From NCBI GenBank assembly GCA_964016885.1, contig OZ024749.1, forward strand, positions 2,108,001 through 2,172,000: a stretch of 64,000 nucleotides of DNA, given 5' to 3'. The stretch is from Eledone cirrhosa (Eukaryota). The stretch's first letter is position 1. Each line of letters starts with the position of its first letter. Below the pieces are notes generated by a model. That model did not search any database and was not told the origin of the DNA. It was given only the letters and a program-made list of their open reading frames with translations. Shown here in pieces: positions 12,011 to 26,829 of this stretch. The translations under genes and the position numbers were made by a program.

Positions 12011-12956
12011 CAGTATCATCGTCATCATCATCATCATCGTCGTCGTCGTCGTCATCACCATCACCATCATCATCATCACCATCACCATCGTCGTCATCAT
12101 CATCATCACCATCTTCATCATCATCATCGTCATCATCGTTCATATTATCATCATAATCATCCCCGTTGTTATCATCGTCATCAATACCATGATCACCATC
12201 ATCATCACCACCATCATCATCATTGTCATTAAAGACATTATCATTATTATTGATTGGAATAATCCGACCGATTCCTATCTTTTACAAATGTCTGGTTTAA
12301 AGCCAAATCCTGGAGGTAGAAAAAACAACAGAAAACATTAAATAAAATACCCCTCCCCTCCGTCCCCCCACTGGCTTTTCCTCCTCTCACTACTACTCTC
12401 TTTACTCTGCTACTGTCTGTAAATAGCTGCCAGCAAACTGCCGAAAGCTTTTTGGGACGGAATTAATTTATCAAGAGTGTTGGCATTTTTTACGGTTGTA
12501 ATTCTAAATGTAGAGCCTCTCTCCTGGCCATTCGCCCACCTTCCATTCTTTTACAAACATTATACTCTCTCTTATTTTCCCTTTAGTCTCACTTTTTTCT
12601 ATTATTTATTTTTCTTTCAATGAAAAAAAAATACTTTAAAAAATTGTTTTTGGTCTCATTTTTATTTTGACCTAGAAAAATATAGTTTTCAACAGTCAGA
12701 AGTGAACTAATAGTTCTCTCTTGACTCGTTGATGATGATGACGCTGTCTTCGCCATTCATTGGTCATTCCTTACTTATATCTGATCACACCCGGTTTCTA
12801 TCAGACAGGGTGTGAGGAAATATGATAGGGAGGTTGACACCACTACTATACAGGGTAAAATCATAGTTGACTTGGTTAAGATATGAACTAAGACCGTAAA
12901 GAACAAGGTTGGCAATCTACTCGACCTTCTTACCATCCAGGTAATTCACCACCTGT

Positions 12957-13292
12957 GTCAGGGTAGATGGCACTCCGTCGGTTTCAACGGTGAGGGTTCT
13001 AGTTGATCCGATCAACGAAACAGCATGCTCGTGAAATTAACGTGCAAGTGGCTGAGTACTCCACAAACACGCGTACCCTTAACGTTGTTCTCAGGGAGAT
13101 CCAGCACGACACAGAATGTTACAAAGCTGGCCCTTCAAATTACAGGTACAACTCATTTTTTCCCGTTGAGTGGACTGGAGCAATGTGAAATAAAGTGTCT
13201 TGCTCAAGGACATAACGCGTCGCCTGGAATCGAACTCACGGCCTTACGGTTGTGAGCCGAATACCTTACCCACAAAGCCACGCGACTTCACC
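12957..13292 (-). mobile_element. tRNA-derived SINE, family B (near full length)
   Basis: Minus strand has A-box-like TGGCTTTGTGG, B-box GTTCGATTCC, then GTCCTTGAGCAAGACACTT core; homologous to 54592-54905. Confidence 0.85.
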
Positions 13293-13339
13293 TAATATAT
13301 AGTTGATTAAACAAAAAAATAAAATAGGGTTATTTACAA

Positions 13340-14135
13340 TAGTTTATAACTTTGCCTATTAATCCGTATGGTGAGCAAATGGGGTCCCACGTGCTGGCCA
13401 CCCCACAGCCCCAGCGGACAGGATCGAGAAGGCGTTTCCCCGGAGGATGGTAAGGGAGATGCGCTGGAAGATGGAAGAGCCATTCCAACTCGCGAGGCTC
13501 ACACTTGCAGTTGGCCAGCTCAGTGCCTATAGTGGTGAATAGGGAGGTAGCCCTAGGGCCAAGGACACTAGAAGTCTCCACTGCCAAAGGCACGACCGCG
13601 AACCTGTGAGAGAGTGACCGGTACTTGGAGAGTTTGGCCTCCTCAGCCCGACATGGGTTAGTCGCAGACTGCACGAGATTGCGGCTGGAGAAAGTGCCGC
13701 TGCAAGTGGGATCCCAGACGAAGGTTTTGCCCTCATTGACGGCAGCATGGCGTGGAAGGCGGCCGGCACAGTGGCGACAGGGAAGCGGGTGGATGCCGAA
13801 AGAGTCCATGGTGGATCCTCGGCGACATTTATGTGGCTCGCAGATCCGCAGATTATCACCGGAAACGCCGATGCGCAGGCTATCGTTATCCAGCTGCGTG
13901 CTAGTGATGAAGGAGGGCAAGGAATGGAGCCAGGCACAACTGTGGGCTTTGGAGGCAGCGCGAAAACAGGCAAGGCGGTGCTGGTCGAGCTGGCGCGTGA
14001 GCCTGTCTGAGGCCAGGCTGCACTGGATAACATCCCATACGCTTTGGGGGGACTTGACGTAAGCACGGGGACAAGGAAGTGGGACGTCTACCGGGCCAAG
14101 TCCCTGCCTATCCCACGTCTCACAGGCGACCTCAT
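13340..14135 (-). mobile_element. CRE-clade-like non-LTR retrotransposon 3' fragment (zinc knuckle + restriction-like endonuclease), decayed
   Basis: GC-rich island; C-x-C..H...C...GR..RH..VN, VWDPT, AEEAKLSKY, PLAVET..LG; the catalytic RPD segment appears deleted. Confidence 0.8.
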
Positions 14136-14224
14136 GTTCACTGAAGATAGAGGGTTCTATTGTGTTTTACAACGACTAATAGGTAAGTCTAAAGTCTGTC
14201 GCGAGCGTTGGTGCATCAGGCTAA

Positions 14225-14460
14225 TGCTTATCCTAGTTTCTGCGACGTTAAGCGAATGAGAATACAAGACCTCCCCTGGATATGACGCTAGTTCATCGCA
14301 ACGATAAACTGCCATTTATTGCTGGTACTCATTTACAGCTGAGTATACTGGAGCAAGGTAAAATGAAGTGTTTTGCTCCAGGACGGAGCCCCCAGCCCAG
14401 TATCGGCTCCATGGCGTCATGATTGTACGTACAAGACACCTAGCATTAATCCACGCCAAT
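14225..14460 (-). mobile_element. Diverged SINE related to family B
   Basis: GCTGGTACTCATTTACAGCTGAGTATACTGGAGCAA...AAGTGTTTTGCTC. Confidence 0.6.
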
Positions 14461-14889
14461 CTAACATTAATCCACGCCAATCCTCAAATATGCGAGCTTC
14501 TAAGAGGTTAATTGATATTCAAGAACTGGCAACTAAATAAAACGTAAGGTACATCATATATGGAGCGGTTGGTGTAGAATTAAAACACTGAAATATAGAG
14601 ACCTCCATTAATCCATAATAATGATCCATCGATGGAATTTGAACTCGGAACAAACTCTATCAATTACATCCGCGTTCAGACATTCGCTTAGTATTGTATA
14701 TAAATGGGAATAGAAAATAATATAGATTGAGGATACATTAGGGTGAAATAAAGAGTGTATATATGTACATATACACATACAGCTGTACATGCATCTATAT
14801 ATATCCGTATATACATACAAACAAACATATAAATACACATTACTACATACACAGACGTACATATTTGCAGAAATATTAACCTTCTTATG

Positions 14890-14959
<70 letters not shown>

Positions 14960-15572
14960 TATCTCTCTCTCTATATATATATATGCATATCTATATATAT
15001 ATATGCATATCTATATATATATATGCATATCTATATATATATATGCACATCTATATATATGTATGCATATCTATATATATATGCATATCTATATATATGT
15101 ATATATATCTCTATATATATATGCATATCTATATATATATGCATATCTATATATATGTATATATATCTCTATATATATATGCATATCTATATATATATAT
15201 CTATATATATATATGCATATCTATATATATGTATATATATCTCTATATATATATGCATATCTATATATATGTATATATATCTATATGTATATATATATAT
15301 GTATATGTATATATATCTATATGTATATATATATATGCATATATATATGTGTATATATATATATATATATATCTGTATATATATATATAAATATATATAT
15401 ATATGTGTATATATATATATAAATATATATATATATGTGTATATATATATATAAATATATATATATATATGTGTATATATATATATAAATATATATATAT
15501 ATATGTGTATATATATATATAAATATATATATATATATGTGTATATATATAAATATATATATATATATGTGT

Positions 15573-15604
<32 letters not shown>

Positions 15605-15641
15605 GTGTATATATATATGTGTATATATATATATATATATT

Positions 15642-15739
<98 letters not shown>

Positions 15740-15740
15740 C
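14890..15740. repeat. (TA)n-based complex microsatellite
   Basis: TA runs punctuated by GCATATCT, GTGT and TAAA. Confidence 0.95.
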
Positions 15741-15869
15741 GCTATTAAATTGTAATATTTCATATGATTTGATATTGAAATATTAATATTTAAAAAATTA
15801 TACATTCTTTAGTAGTTTTAAAATATTGCAGTATTTCATTGATCAAAGACTTCACATGCGCTGAGCTTG

Positions 15870-15946
<77 letters not shown>

Positions 15947-16069
15947 ATGAGTGAAGGTTTTTTTTAATTGTATATAAAGTAAAATATATGAGATTTTAAA
16001 TATTGAGATATTTTCTGAATGATTTTGAATAATTTTCAAGCATATATATGGATTCCAATATTGTATGTA

Positions 16070-17725
16070 TACACACACACATACATAACACACATTCACA
16101 CACATATACATAACACACATTCACACACACATACATAACACGCATTCACACACTCATACACAACACACATCCACACACACACACACACACACACACACAT
16201 AACACACATTCACACACATAACACATTCACACACACATACATAACTCAAATCCACACACACACACACATAACACAAATTCACACACACATACATAACACA
16301 CATTCACACACACATACATAACACACATTCACACACACATACAAGTATATAAGTATATATCTATACGTGTGTATACATTTATAAAACCGAAACATTTACT
16401 TTTCCAAATGGAGATATAAATCTGAATTATAATATGCACACACACACACACACACACAGAACCCCCCCCCCCACACACATACACACACATACATACACAT
16501 ACACACACCACACACACACACACCACACACCCCAGACCACACCCACACACCATACCACACACCCACACCCACACACATACAGTCACACCACCACACCACA
16601 CACAAACACACACCACACACATACACCACACCACACACACACATACACCACACATACACACCACACACACACTGCACACACACACTGCACACACCACACA
16701 CACACATCACACACCACGCACACACACACACACACACACCACACCTGCGACACCACACTCCTCACCAGACACACCACACTCCACGCCACACACACCACAC
16801 TCCACACCACACACACCATACTTGCCACACCACACACCCACACCACACACACCACACTCCACACCACACACACCATACTTGCCACACCACACACCCACAC
16901 CACAACTGCCACACCACACACACCATACCTGCCACATCACACACACACTATACCTGCCACACCTGCCACATCACACACCACACACACCACACTACACCAC
17001 ACACATAACACACACCACACACACCACACCTGCCACACCACACACACCACACCTGCCACACCACGCACACCACACACATCACACCACACACAACACACAC
17101 CACACACATCACACCACACACAACACACACCACACACACCACACCTGCCACACCACACCACACACCACACACATCACACCACACACAACACACACCACAC
17201 ACATCACACCACACACAACACACACCACACACACACCACACATATCACACCACACACAACACACACCTGCCACACCACACTACACCACACACATCACACC
17301 ACACACAATACACACCACACACACCACACCTGCCACACCACACCACACCACACACCACACACACCATACCACACACACACACACCACACCTGCCACACCA
17401 CACACACCATACCACACACACACACACCTCACCTGCCACACCATACCACACACACACACACCACACCTGCCACACACACACACCATACCACACACACACC
17501 ACACACACACCACACCTGCCACACCACACACACCACACCAAACACACCTGCCACACCACACACACCATACCACACACACACCACACACACACCACACCAC
17601 ACCTGCCACACCACAAACACCACACCTGCCACACCACCCACAACCCACACCACCCACCCACCACACACACACCACCCACCCACCACATACACACACCACA
17701 CACACACCTGCCACACACACCACAC
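16070..17725. repeat. CA/CCA-rich low-complexity repeat with recurrent ACCTGCCACACC
   Basis: Visible; source of the His/Thr and Cys/Val ORFs. Confidence 0.92.
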
Positions 17726-17819
17726 ATATACGATGGCCAATGTATTCCCAATAAAAACTACATATGTACAGTTGAAATTACAGAAACCACCATTTTCCTA
17801 TGCACAAATAATAATACTT

Positions 17820-18150
17820 TCTTATTTTGGCACAAGGCCAGCAATTAACCAGTACATTACTGGTACTGTATTTTATCGACCTCGTAAAGATGAAAGGCAA
17901 AGCTAACCCCGGAGGGATTTGAACTCGAAACGTAAAGGACCATAACTCTATGCCGCGAAGCATGTTGTCTGACGCTCTACCGACATCGACAATCATAATA
18001 ATGATTAAATCGATTCCAGTGCATTACTGGTACTTTATTTTATCGATCCCGTAAGGATGACAGGCAAAGTTATTCACGGTGGGATTTGAATTCATAACGT
18101 AAAGGGACGAAGCTCTATGCCACAAAGCACATAGCGACTCTGCCGATCAT
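17820..18150 (-). mobile_element. Two tandem SINE family A copies
   Basis: Reverse-complement core at about 17820-17995 and 18000-18150. Confidence 0.82.
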
Positions 18151-18362
18151 CATAACAATATCAATAAATAAAACTACATTTTGGCTAAAATCAAAATATT
18201 TTAAACATTTTCGTTTGAAAACTGATGAATTTATGTATATTATCTCTCATATATCGATCACTTCTGATTTAATGATCTGTTAAGTGATTTTGGAATCTTA
18301 ATCGTATCTGCAAACATTTTATAAAATATTTTTCTTGTTTATTTCCGCATAGACACAATGCC

Positions 18363-19160
18363 CTATATTTCTGGGTATATATGGTGTATATATTCCACTT
18401 CAGTGGTTACTATATTTCTGGGTATATATGCGGTATATATACCACTTCAGTAGTTACTATATTTCTGGGTATATATGCTGTATATATACCACTTCAGTGG
18501 TTACTATACTTCTGGGTATATATGCTGTATATATACCACTTCAGTGGTTACTATACTTCTGGGTATATATGCTGTATATATACCACTTCAGTGGTTACTA
18601 TACTTCTGGGTATATATGTTGTATATATTCCACTTCAGTAGTTACTATATTTCTGGGTATATATGCTGTATATATTCCACTTCAGTAGTTACTATATTTC
18701 TGGGTATATATTCTGTATATATTCCACTTCAGTAGTTACTATATTTCTGGGTATATACTCTGTATATATACCACTTCAGTACTATATTTCTGGGTATATA
18801 TTCTGTATATATTCCACTTCAGTAGTTACTATATTTCTGGGTATATATTCTGTATATATTCCACTTCAGTAGTTACTATACTTCTGGGTATATATTCTGT
18901 ATATATTCCACTTCAGTAGTTACTATACTTCTGGGTATATATTCTGTATATATTCCACTTCAGTGGTTACTATATTTCTGGGTATATACTCTGTATATAT
19001 ACCACTTCAGTACTATATTTCTGGGTATATATTCTGTATATATTCCACTTCAGTAGTTACTATATTTCTGGGTATATATTCTGTATATATACCACTTCAG
19101 TGGTTACTATACTTCTGGGTATATATGCTGTATATATACCACTTACCACTTCAGTAGTTA
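18363..19160. repeat. 47-bp minisatellite, ~17 copies
   Basis: Unit CTATATTTCTGGGTATATATGCTGTATATATACCACTTCAGTGGTTA, occasional 6-bp deletions. Confidence 0.95.
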
Positions 19161-20357
19161 CTCCTCTCCTATTTTATTGACCCCGCATTTAAATAGGAAT
19201 GGAATTTACTCAGTTTCGTTGATCAGGTATTTCATAGACAAGTGTAACCATAACATAATTTTTATACAAATTCTGACACTGTGTGTTAGGCTGTCATTTA
19301 ACAGGCTTTCACACAGTCTCTGTCCACCCAATTTCACTAAAAGGATTTGTGTCAACCCAAAGATTTGTTAAATGATACTCAATATTCGGGAAGTAAAATT
19401 ATTAACAATTCGCCCGTTTGTTTTTTATTTTGTTTTCCTGAATAGTAGATAAATAAATTGATTCCTTTAATGTTTTCTATGATTTAGCTTGGGTTTCTTT
19501 TATTGGTAATTGAATGGACGAATCCTTTTTCAGGGCCTCAAAAACTGGAAATGGAAGCAAAGATCTACAAATTGGTGACCTAGACCCAACATTTAAAACA
19601 TAATAGAACTCGCTAAACGCAGCTCAGATCAAGGCGATAATGCTAAACTAGGGGTTAAATCTATCACCCAAGTACATCACAGATTTGAATAAAGGACGTA
19701 AAATAACACCAGTCCGATAATGCCCAACTCCACAGACACCGACAGACCAACGTCTCGAACTTTAATGACTTCAGGAAGGTCTGAGGTCAATTTGACGTTT
19801 GTTTGAAATAAGAACGTTTGTATTCGCTATAAATGTCACACATCGAGGGGACATGCTTTCAATACTAGACTTTTTTCAACACGTTCATGCGTGTATGAGT
19901 ATATAAATATAAACACTCAAACACAGACAGATTTACAAATATACACACTCACAGACATACATTCACACAAATACACACACACGTACATTTACACAAACAT
20001 ACACTCATACACATCGTAGCAAATGAAACGCCAGCCGCTGTTTTGCTATAGCTTTTTCACCATCCCCTTCCTTCCTTCTTTTTATACACACATACATTCA
20101 CACACACACACATTGTGTGACGGACGGAAGTCGCTCAAATTTATATATAGATGATGTAATTATAGAGATTGTCGGGAAAATGGGAAAACCATGATGTCGG
20201 AAAGCGTCTTTGAATAAAGAGGAATGTCATCATATAAGCGGCAAAATCAGTAGAGCATCGAACAAATGTCTTTGATCCATCGCTTTACGTTCAGAGTTCA
20301 AATCTGTTTCTCAGTCTTTTAATCTTCTCATCTCTCTTAATCTCTGTTACGTCCCCC

Positions 20358-20409
<52 letters not shown>

Positions 20410-21571
20410 TCGTCTTTCTCTCTCTTTCAGTTACTTTCCCCGTCTCTCTCCCTCTCCATCTCTCTCTCTCTATATATATAATATATATATATATTCGTCT
20501 CTCTCTCCCTCTCTCTCTCTCTGTTACTTTTCCCCATCCCTCTCTCTCTCTTCCCCCATCATTCTCCCCCCCCCCCTCTCTCATCCACACTCGATAAATT
20601 TACTGTATCCGTCAAGATAGTCTATTGTAAGACTGAAAGCTCCAAAGGAAGTCAACAGGGAAGTGGTATTGTCCTCTGCCAGGAATATTTCATGGCAGAC
20701 CTATTGTACCTGTGATAGAGACACCTGAGGCCAGTTGGTGACCTCAACAGGTGATAAAGGTGACAGGGAGATAAAGACAAGAGGGGGCAGGAAAATAGAA
20801 GGAGGGAGAAAAGGAAGAAAGGAAGGAAAAGGAAGAAGGGGGAAAAGGAAGAATGGAAGCAAAAGGTAGAAGGGGAAGGAAGAAGGGGGAAGAAGGGGAG
20901 GAAGAGGAAGAAAGGAAGGAAAAGGAAGAGGATGGGGAGGAGGAGGGGGAAGAGGAGAATGGAAATATATCGATAGAAAGGCAATGTTCTACTTTTTACC
21001 AATAAAGGTTTGTTTTGTGATTGTTTTCTCTTGAAATAAAATCCCTTTTCTCTACCGAATCTAACCTTCTGACATCTGACATATCTTCGTTTTGATGGAT
21101 ACATTTCTATATCTGTAGGGGAAACATTGACTATATTATATATTTCATAACTATTTTTATCGTCCTTGAAGCTATAACAAGCGAATAAACCTCTCCCATC
21201 TTACAACAATCACAAATATATACCTACTGCCTGAAAAATGACGCCATGAAAAAAAATCACTAAATTTGACAACATACGCTACATAATTGCATAAAACGGG
21301 AGACAATTATAGAAGAGCTTAAGGGAACATAACTCTGAACAACATTTAAGAAACATACAAAAATAAGCAGTATGCTAATCGAACATGGAAATAAAGGAGT
21401 AAAAATAGAAAGAACAACTCTGCATGTTGTTAAAATGAAATGATAGTGGTGGGGAAGACAAACCCGGACTTGTACGACTCCCAAGATCTTCCATATTCTA
21501 CTTCTCTCTACTTTGGTGGAAATAATACAATATATTTTCATTGCACTTCTCCACATTCACTAACTCCCTTA

Positions 21572-21693
<122 letters not shown>

Positions 21694-21950
21694 ATATATT
21701 TATTTCTATATATATATTTATTTATATATGCAATGAAATTGTAACGGCTGTGTCTGCATGTATATAAATGTAATATATATACATACATATACATTACATT
21801 TATATGCACACATACACACACACGTTACATGTATATATATTTACACATATATGAGCCTGTGTGAGTTTGCCTTTCATATATATATATATCCCAAGGCTCT
21901 GATACCATCAACACTATAAACACAGAGCTGGCATATCTAAGAACTGACTG

Positions 21951-22006
21951 ACTGCCTGATGAGGTCATAGCCATTCAATGGCTATAATCGAAATATATAT
22001 AGCAGT
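21951..22006 (+). ncRNA. Type-I hammerhead ribozyme motif (HHR2)
   Basis: Stem I ACTGC/GCAGT; CTGATGA 21956-21962; stem II GGT.ATAGCCAT/ATGGCTAT.ATC; GAAA 21990-21993; TATATA palindromic stem III; predicted cleavage after ATA (22001). Confidence 0.85.
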
Positions 22007-22047
22007 AAATAAAGGATTATGAGTCCATGCAATTCACTTATGTTTCG

Positions 22048-22095
<48 letters not shown>

Positions 22096-22170
22096 CATAC
22101 ATATGTATGTATGTATATATATATGTATATTATGTATATTCTTTTGCGTATAATATATTGATGGATATAT

Positions 22171-22212
<42 letters not shown>

Positions 22213-22601
22213 TGTCATACAAGTATGCGATAATTACGAGGTAGGCACGGTTGGAAGGTCTTTAATGTTGAGTCTGCTCAGTCACGGCTGATCTGGAGAT
22301 AAGAGAAACACTCACTACACTAAATACTGACCGGCGACAGAACGAAGAATACCACTGTAACAACAGCTACAACAAAATATACTACAGCAGCAACAACAAT
22401 AACACAAATACGACTACAACAACAACTACTACTACTACTACTACTATTAATACTACTACTACTGCTGCTACTACTACCTCAACCACCGCTAATACTACTA
22501 CTACTACTACTGCTGCTGTTCCTGCTACTACTACCACTACTACCATCACCACCACCGCCAATACTACTACTACTACTATTACTAAAAATAATAATAATAA
22601 T

Positions 22602-22716
22602 AATTGTTTTTAATTTTGGCACAAGGCAAGCAATTCACCAGTACATTACTGGTACTTTATTTTATCGACCCCGTAAGGATGAAAGGCAAAGTCAACCTCG
22701 GCGGGATTTGAACTCA
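22602..22716 (-). mobile_element. SINE family A, truncated
   Basis: Reverse-complement core. Confidence 0.85.
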
Positions 22717-23352
22717 TAGCAATAATAATAATACCAGAACAACTACTACTATAACAGCAACCACAGCAGCAACTACTACTATTACTACTACTACTACTAC
22801 TACTACTAGAACAACAACTACTACAACAACAACCACAGCAACCACAACTACAACAACGATTTGCTGTTGTGAAAGATTCAGTCTCATCAATTTTATAATT
22901 CTGTTCATAGAACTTTTTTGTGCATCAACACCACAAAAAACATACAAACATAAAACACACAGAAACAACAAAACAACAAAACAACAAAACAACAAAAACA
23001 ACAACAATCTGGTAAGAAATGGGGGCGAAAGTAATGATTAATAAATTAATCTGGAGGCTAAATCCTTAATTAATAAATTAGTGGTGACAAATTTCTTTTC
23101 TGTATTTCGATGTTTTTGCCTATTTTTTGGCGTAATATTTGAAAGTACAGATAATCCAATAGAAGTTCGTTAGAACCCCCCAGGCTGGCTTAGCTTGGCG
23201 TTTGTTTGGTTTTCAAGTAGAAACTTCCCAGAGTACGCCATAGGCGTTGTATCTTTACTGATTTCACAATGATGGTAATACTGATTATGTTGGTGATGAT
23301 GATGATGATGATGATGAACAGGATGATGCTGATGTTGATGTTGATAATGATG

Positions 23353-23389
<37 letters not shown>

Positions 23390-23393
<4 letters not shown>

Positions 23394-23575
23394 TGTTTTT
23401 AATTTTGGCACAAGGCAAGCAATTACCCCAGTACGTTACTGGTACTTTATTTTATCGACCCCGTAAGGATGAAAGGCAAAGTTAACCTCGGCGGGATTTG
23501 AACTCAGAATGGCAAGGGCCGTAACACTAAGCGTCAAAGCATGGCGTCCGACCCTCTACCGATACTGCCAATCCA
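23390..23575 (-). mobile_element. SINE family A
   Basis: Reverse-complement core with head. Confidence 0.88.
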
Positions 23576-23829
23576 CAGAACAATAATAATAATAATTATT
23601 ATTATTATTACCATAATGTTATTAGGAAAAAATAATTATGACACTAAAATTAGGAATATTAGGAATTATAATATTACTAACTATGGTTATTTCTCAAATC
23701 TAATAATAATAATAATAATAATAATGATTTCTTTATTGGCCACAAGGACTGACATCAAGAAAAACATTACAGACGGCACAGGACGGTACGATGTGGGTTT
23801 TGTGCGTGTAAATATTTTTATTATTTATC

Positions 23830-24005
23830 AGTATTGGTAGAGGGTCGGACGCCATGCTTTGACGCATAGAGTTACGGCCCATGCCATTCTGAGTTCAAAT
23901 CCCGCCGAGGTTAAGTTTGCCTTTCATCCTTACGGGGTCGATAAAATAAAGTACCAGTAATACACTGGGGTAATTGCTGGCCTTGTGCCAAAAGTAGAAA
24001 CAATT
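23830..24005 (+). mobile_element. SINE family A
   Basis: GGTAGAGGGTCGGACGCC...GAGTTCAAATCCCGCCGAGG...GGCCTTGTGCCAAAAG. Confidence 0.88.
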
Positions 24006-24033
24006 ATTTATATAAGAAAAGAAAATGGACAGA

Positions 24034-24155
<122 letters not shown>

Positions 24156-24198
24156 AATAAAAATGAAAAGTGAAACAATGAAAATATTCATTTTTATT

Positions 24199-24249
<51 letters not shown>

Positions 24250-24314
24250 CATGTTTCTATATATATATGAATATATATATATATATATATACATGTTTCT
24301 ATATATTTTTTTCT

Positions 24315-24357
<43 letters not shown>

Positions 24358-24360
<3 letters not shown>

Positions 24361-24565
24361 GTTTCTGATATAGGCACAAGGCCAGCAATTTTAGGGGAGA
24401 GGAAAGTCGATTTAATCGATACCAATGCATTACTGGTACTTTATTTTATCCACCCGTAACGATGGAAGGCAAAGTTAACAAGGCGGGATTTGAACTCAGA
24501 ATGACAAGGGACGTAACTCTATGCTGCAAAGCATGGTGCCTGGCGCTCTACCGATACTGCTAGAC
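24358..24565 (-). mobile_element. SINE family A (longer variant)
   Basis: Reverse-complement core. Confidence 0.85.
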
Positions 24566-24594
24566 CTCTAATAAAATATCAATATCCGCACCTA

Positions 24595-25175
24595 CGATGA
24601 GGATGATGATGATGGGGTGGATGATGGTGATGACGATGATGATGATGGTGATGATGATGATGGTGATGATGGGGATGAAGATGATGGTGACGATGGTGGT
24701 GATGGTGATGATGATGATGGTGATGATGATGATGAAGACGATGATGGTGGCGATGGTGATGATGGTGATGGTGATGATGGGGATGATGGTGATGGTGATG
24801 GTGATGATGGTGATGGTGATGATGCTGTTGATAATAATTTTGGTAATGGCGTTGTAGTGATGGCTCTTCTGCTGTTACTGATGGTGATGGTGATGATAAC
24901 GATGGAGAAGATGGTGGTGATGGTGATGATGTAATGATGATGGCGGTGAAGGTGTTGATGTAATGATGGAGAAGATGGTGGTGAAGGTGATTATGGTGAT
25001 GAAGGTTATGATGATGATGGCGGTGAAGGTGATGGTTATGATGATGGCAGTGAAGGTGACGTTGATGATGGCGGTGAAGGTGATGGTTATGATGATGGTG
25101 GTGAAGGTGTCGAAGGTTATGCTCCTCAAAATGGCGGCTACGATAACAGTGACGATGATGATGGTTATGATGACA
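24595..25175. repeat. (GAT/GGT)n trinucleotide low-complexity tract
   Basis: Visible. Confidence 0.93.
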
Positions 25176-25954
25176 ATTCTGAGAATACTAATTCGTATTG
25201 ATATGTAAATTTTGTTTCGTTAGCCGTAATATTAATTAAAATCTAGAATGTTTCTCAGATGGTAGTTGTTGTTGCTGTTGTTGTTGTTGTTGCTGTTGTT
25301 GCTGTTGTTGTTGCTGTTGTTGTTGCTGTTGTTGTTGTTGTTCCTCTATTACTTCACGATATGAATTATTTATTGCGGTCTTGTCACATGACATGCTGTT
25401 GGAATATCATGCTTTAGCAGCTGCTGCAGAAACTTGTATCCGGGTTCCTGCATGACTTTGTTGATTTTCCCAAGAGGAATGCCAAGCTGCAATAGTAAGC
25501 CAAAGGTGCGATTATCAACCTTGTGGACCCTTGTGGACCCTTGGGGAACCTCGGCTCACGATCGAGTAGGAAGAGCGCCGTTATAGTATACGGCGTGTCA
25601 TAGGTATTTTATATCTGGTGGCGCCCATCCAAGTTTCGCTCTTCATTTCTGAGAACAGTGGATGATATATCCCCCGCCTGCCGCCCAGCACACACAAATA
25701 CACACACACCCGCTTGCTTCAATCCACAAAGTACTGCATAAATATGTAATAGTTTATTTATTGGAAAGAAGCTGGTGGTTCCCTGTGACTCTTCGCCCCA
25801 GCAAATTAATGTTGCTGCTGCGAGAAACTTTCATTAGTATGTCAACCATTCGTTTGTTTATTCTCACTATTGTGCTCTTCTTCAGATATGAGAATTATTT
25901 TTATGTTGCAAATAAAAAGGCACACACTACACAACACCCCATTTATCTCATTTT

Positions 25955-26132
25955 GTCAGTATCGATAGATGGTAGGACGTCATGCTTTGACGCATAGAGT
26001 TACGGCCCTTTATGATCTGAATTCAAATCCCGCCGAGGTTAACTTTGCCTTTCATCCTTACGGGGTCTATAAAATAAAGTACCATCAATACACTGGGTAA
26101 TTGCTGTCCTTGTGCCAAATGTATAAACAATT
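25955..26132 (+). mobile_element. SINE family A
   Basis: Core match. Confidence 0.85.
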
Positions 26133-26427
26133 ATTACTAACAAACTGTACTACACTTTCTTCTGTAATCAGTAAAGTAATCCATGATACATTTAAAAAAT
26201 ATGATAATGTTATATGAACGTTAACGGAAGTTGACATTTGGATGTTTTTACAGAAGTGAACCTTGAAATAAGCAATACAGTAGATATAAGATGGTTTATG
26301 TTTACTCAAGAGCTAAGGAATTTACTAGATAAATTATATAATATTCCTTCCTGAATTATTCATAGTTATCCAAATTATTTTAATAACGGGATGTGAAATA
26401 ATAAACTGGACACAGCCTCGCATTTCT

Positions 26428-26595
26428 CGAGGGTCGGACGCCATGCTTTGCAGCAAAGAGTTACGTCCCTTTATAGTCTGAGTTCAAATCCCGCCGAGGT
26501 TAACTTTGCCTTTCATCCTTACGGGGTCGATAAAATAAAGCACCAGTAATACACTGGGATAATTGCTGGCCTTGTGCCAAATGTAGAAACAATTA
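26428..26595 (+). mobile_element. SINE family A
   Basis: Core match. Confidence 0.88.
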
Positions 26596-26829
26596 TATAT
26601 GAGATTAATATCATCAATCCTTTGTTATAATTCTGTTATTTATCTCAGCCGATCTCCTTTTATCACATCTCTCAACTCACGTCTTACTTCTGATTTCTAG
26701 AACTATGGGGAACCTTTAAACTGTTTCGCTACATATATCGCCCGTCATCAAACATTTAAGTAAGAGCATTCGTTGTTGACGTAGGGTGCAGTGGGGTTAG
26801 TAGGTCTAGATGGTAAGGCAGTCCCTTAG

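Noticed and set aside
12957-13292. tRNA gene
   Set aside because: A/B boxes run into a SINE body repeated at 54592-54905; no complete cloverleaf evident
16434-17906. 490-aa His/Thr-rich ORF
   Set aside because: Translation of CA-rich low-complexity DNA ending in a SINE; several frames open
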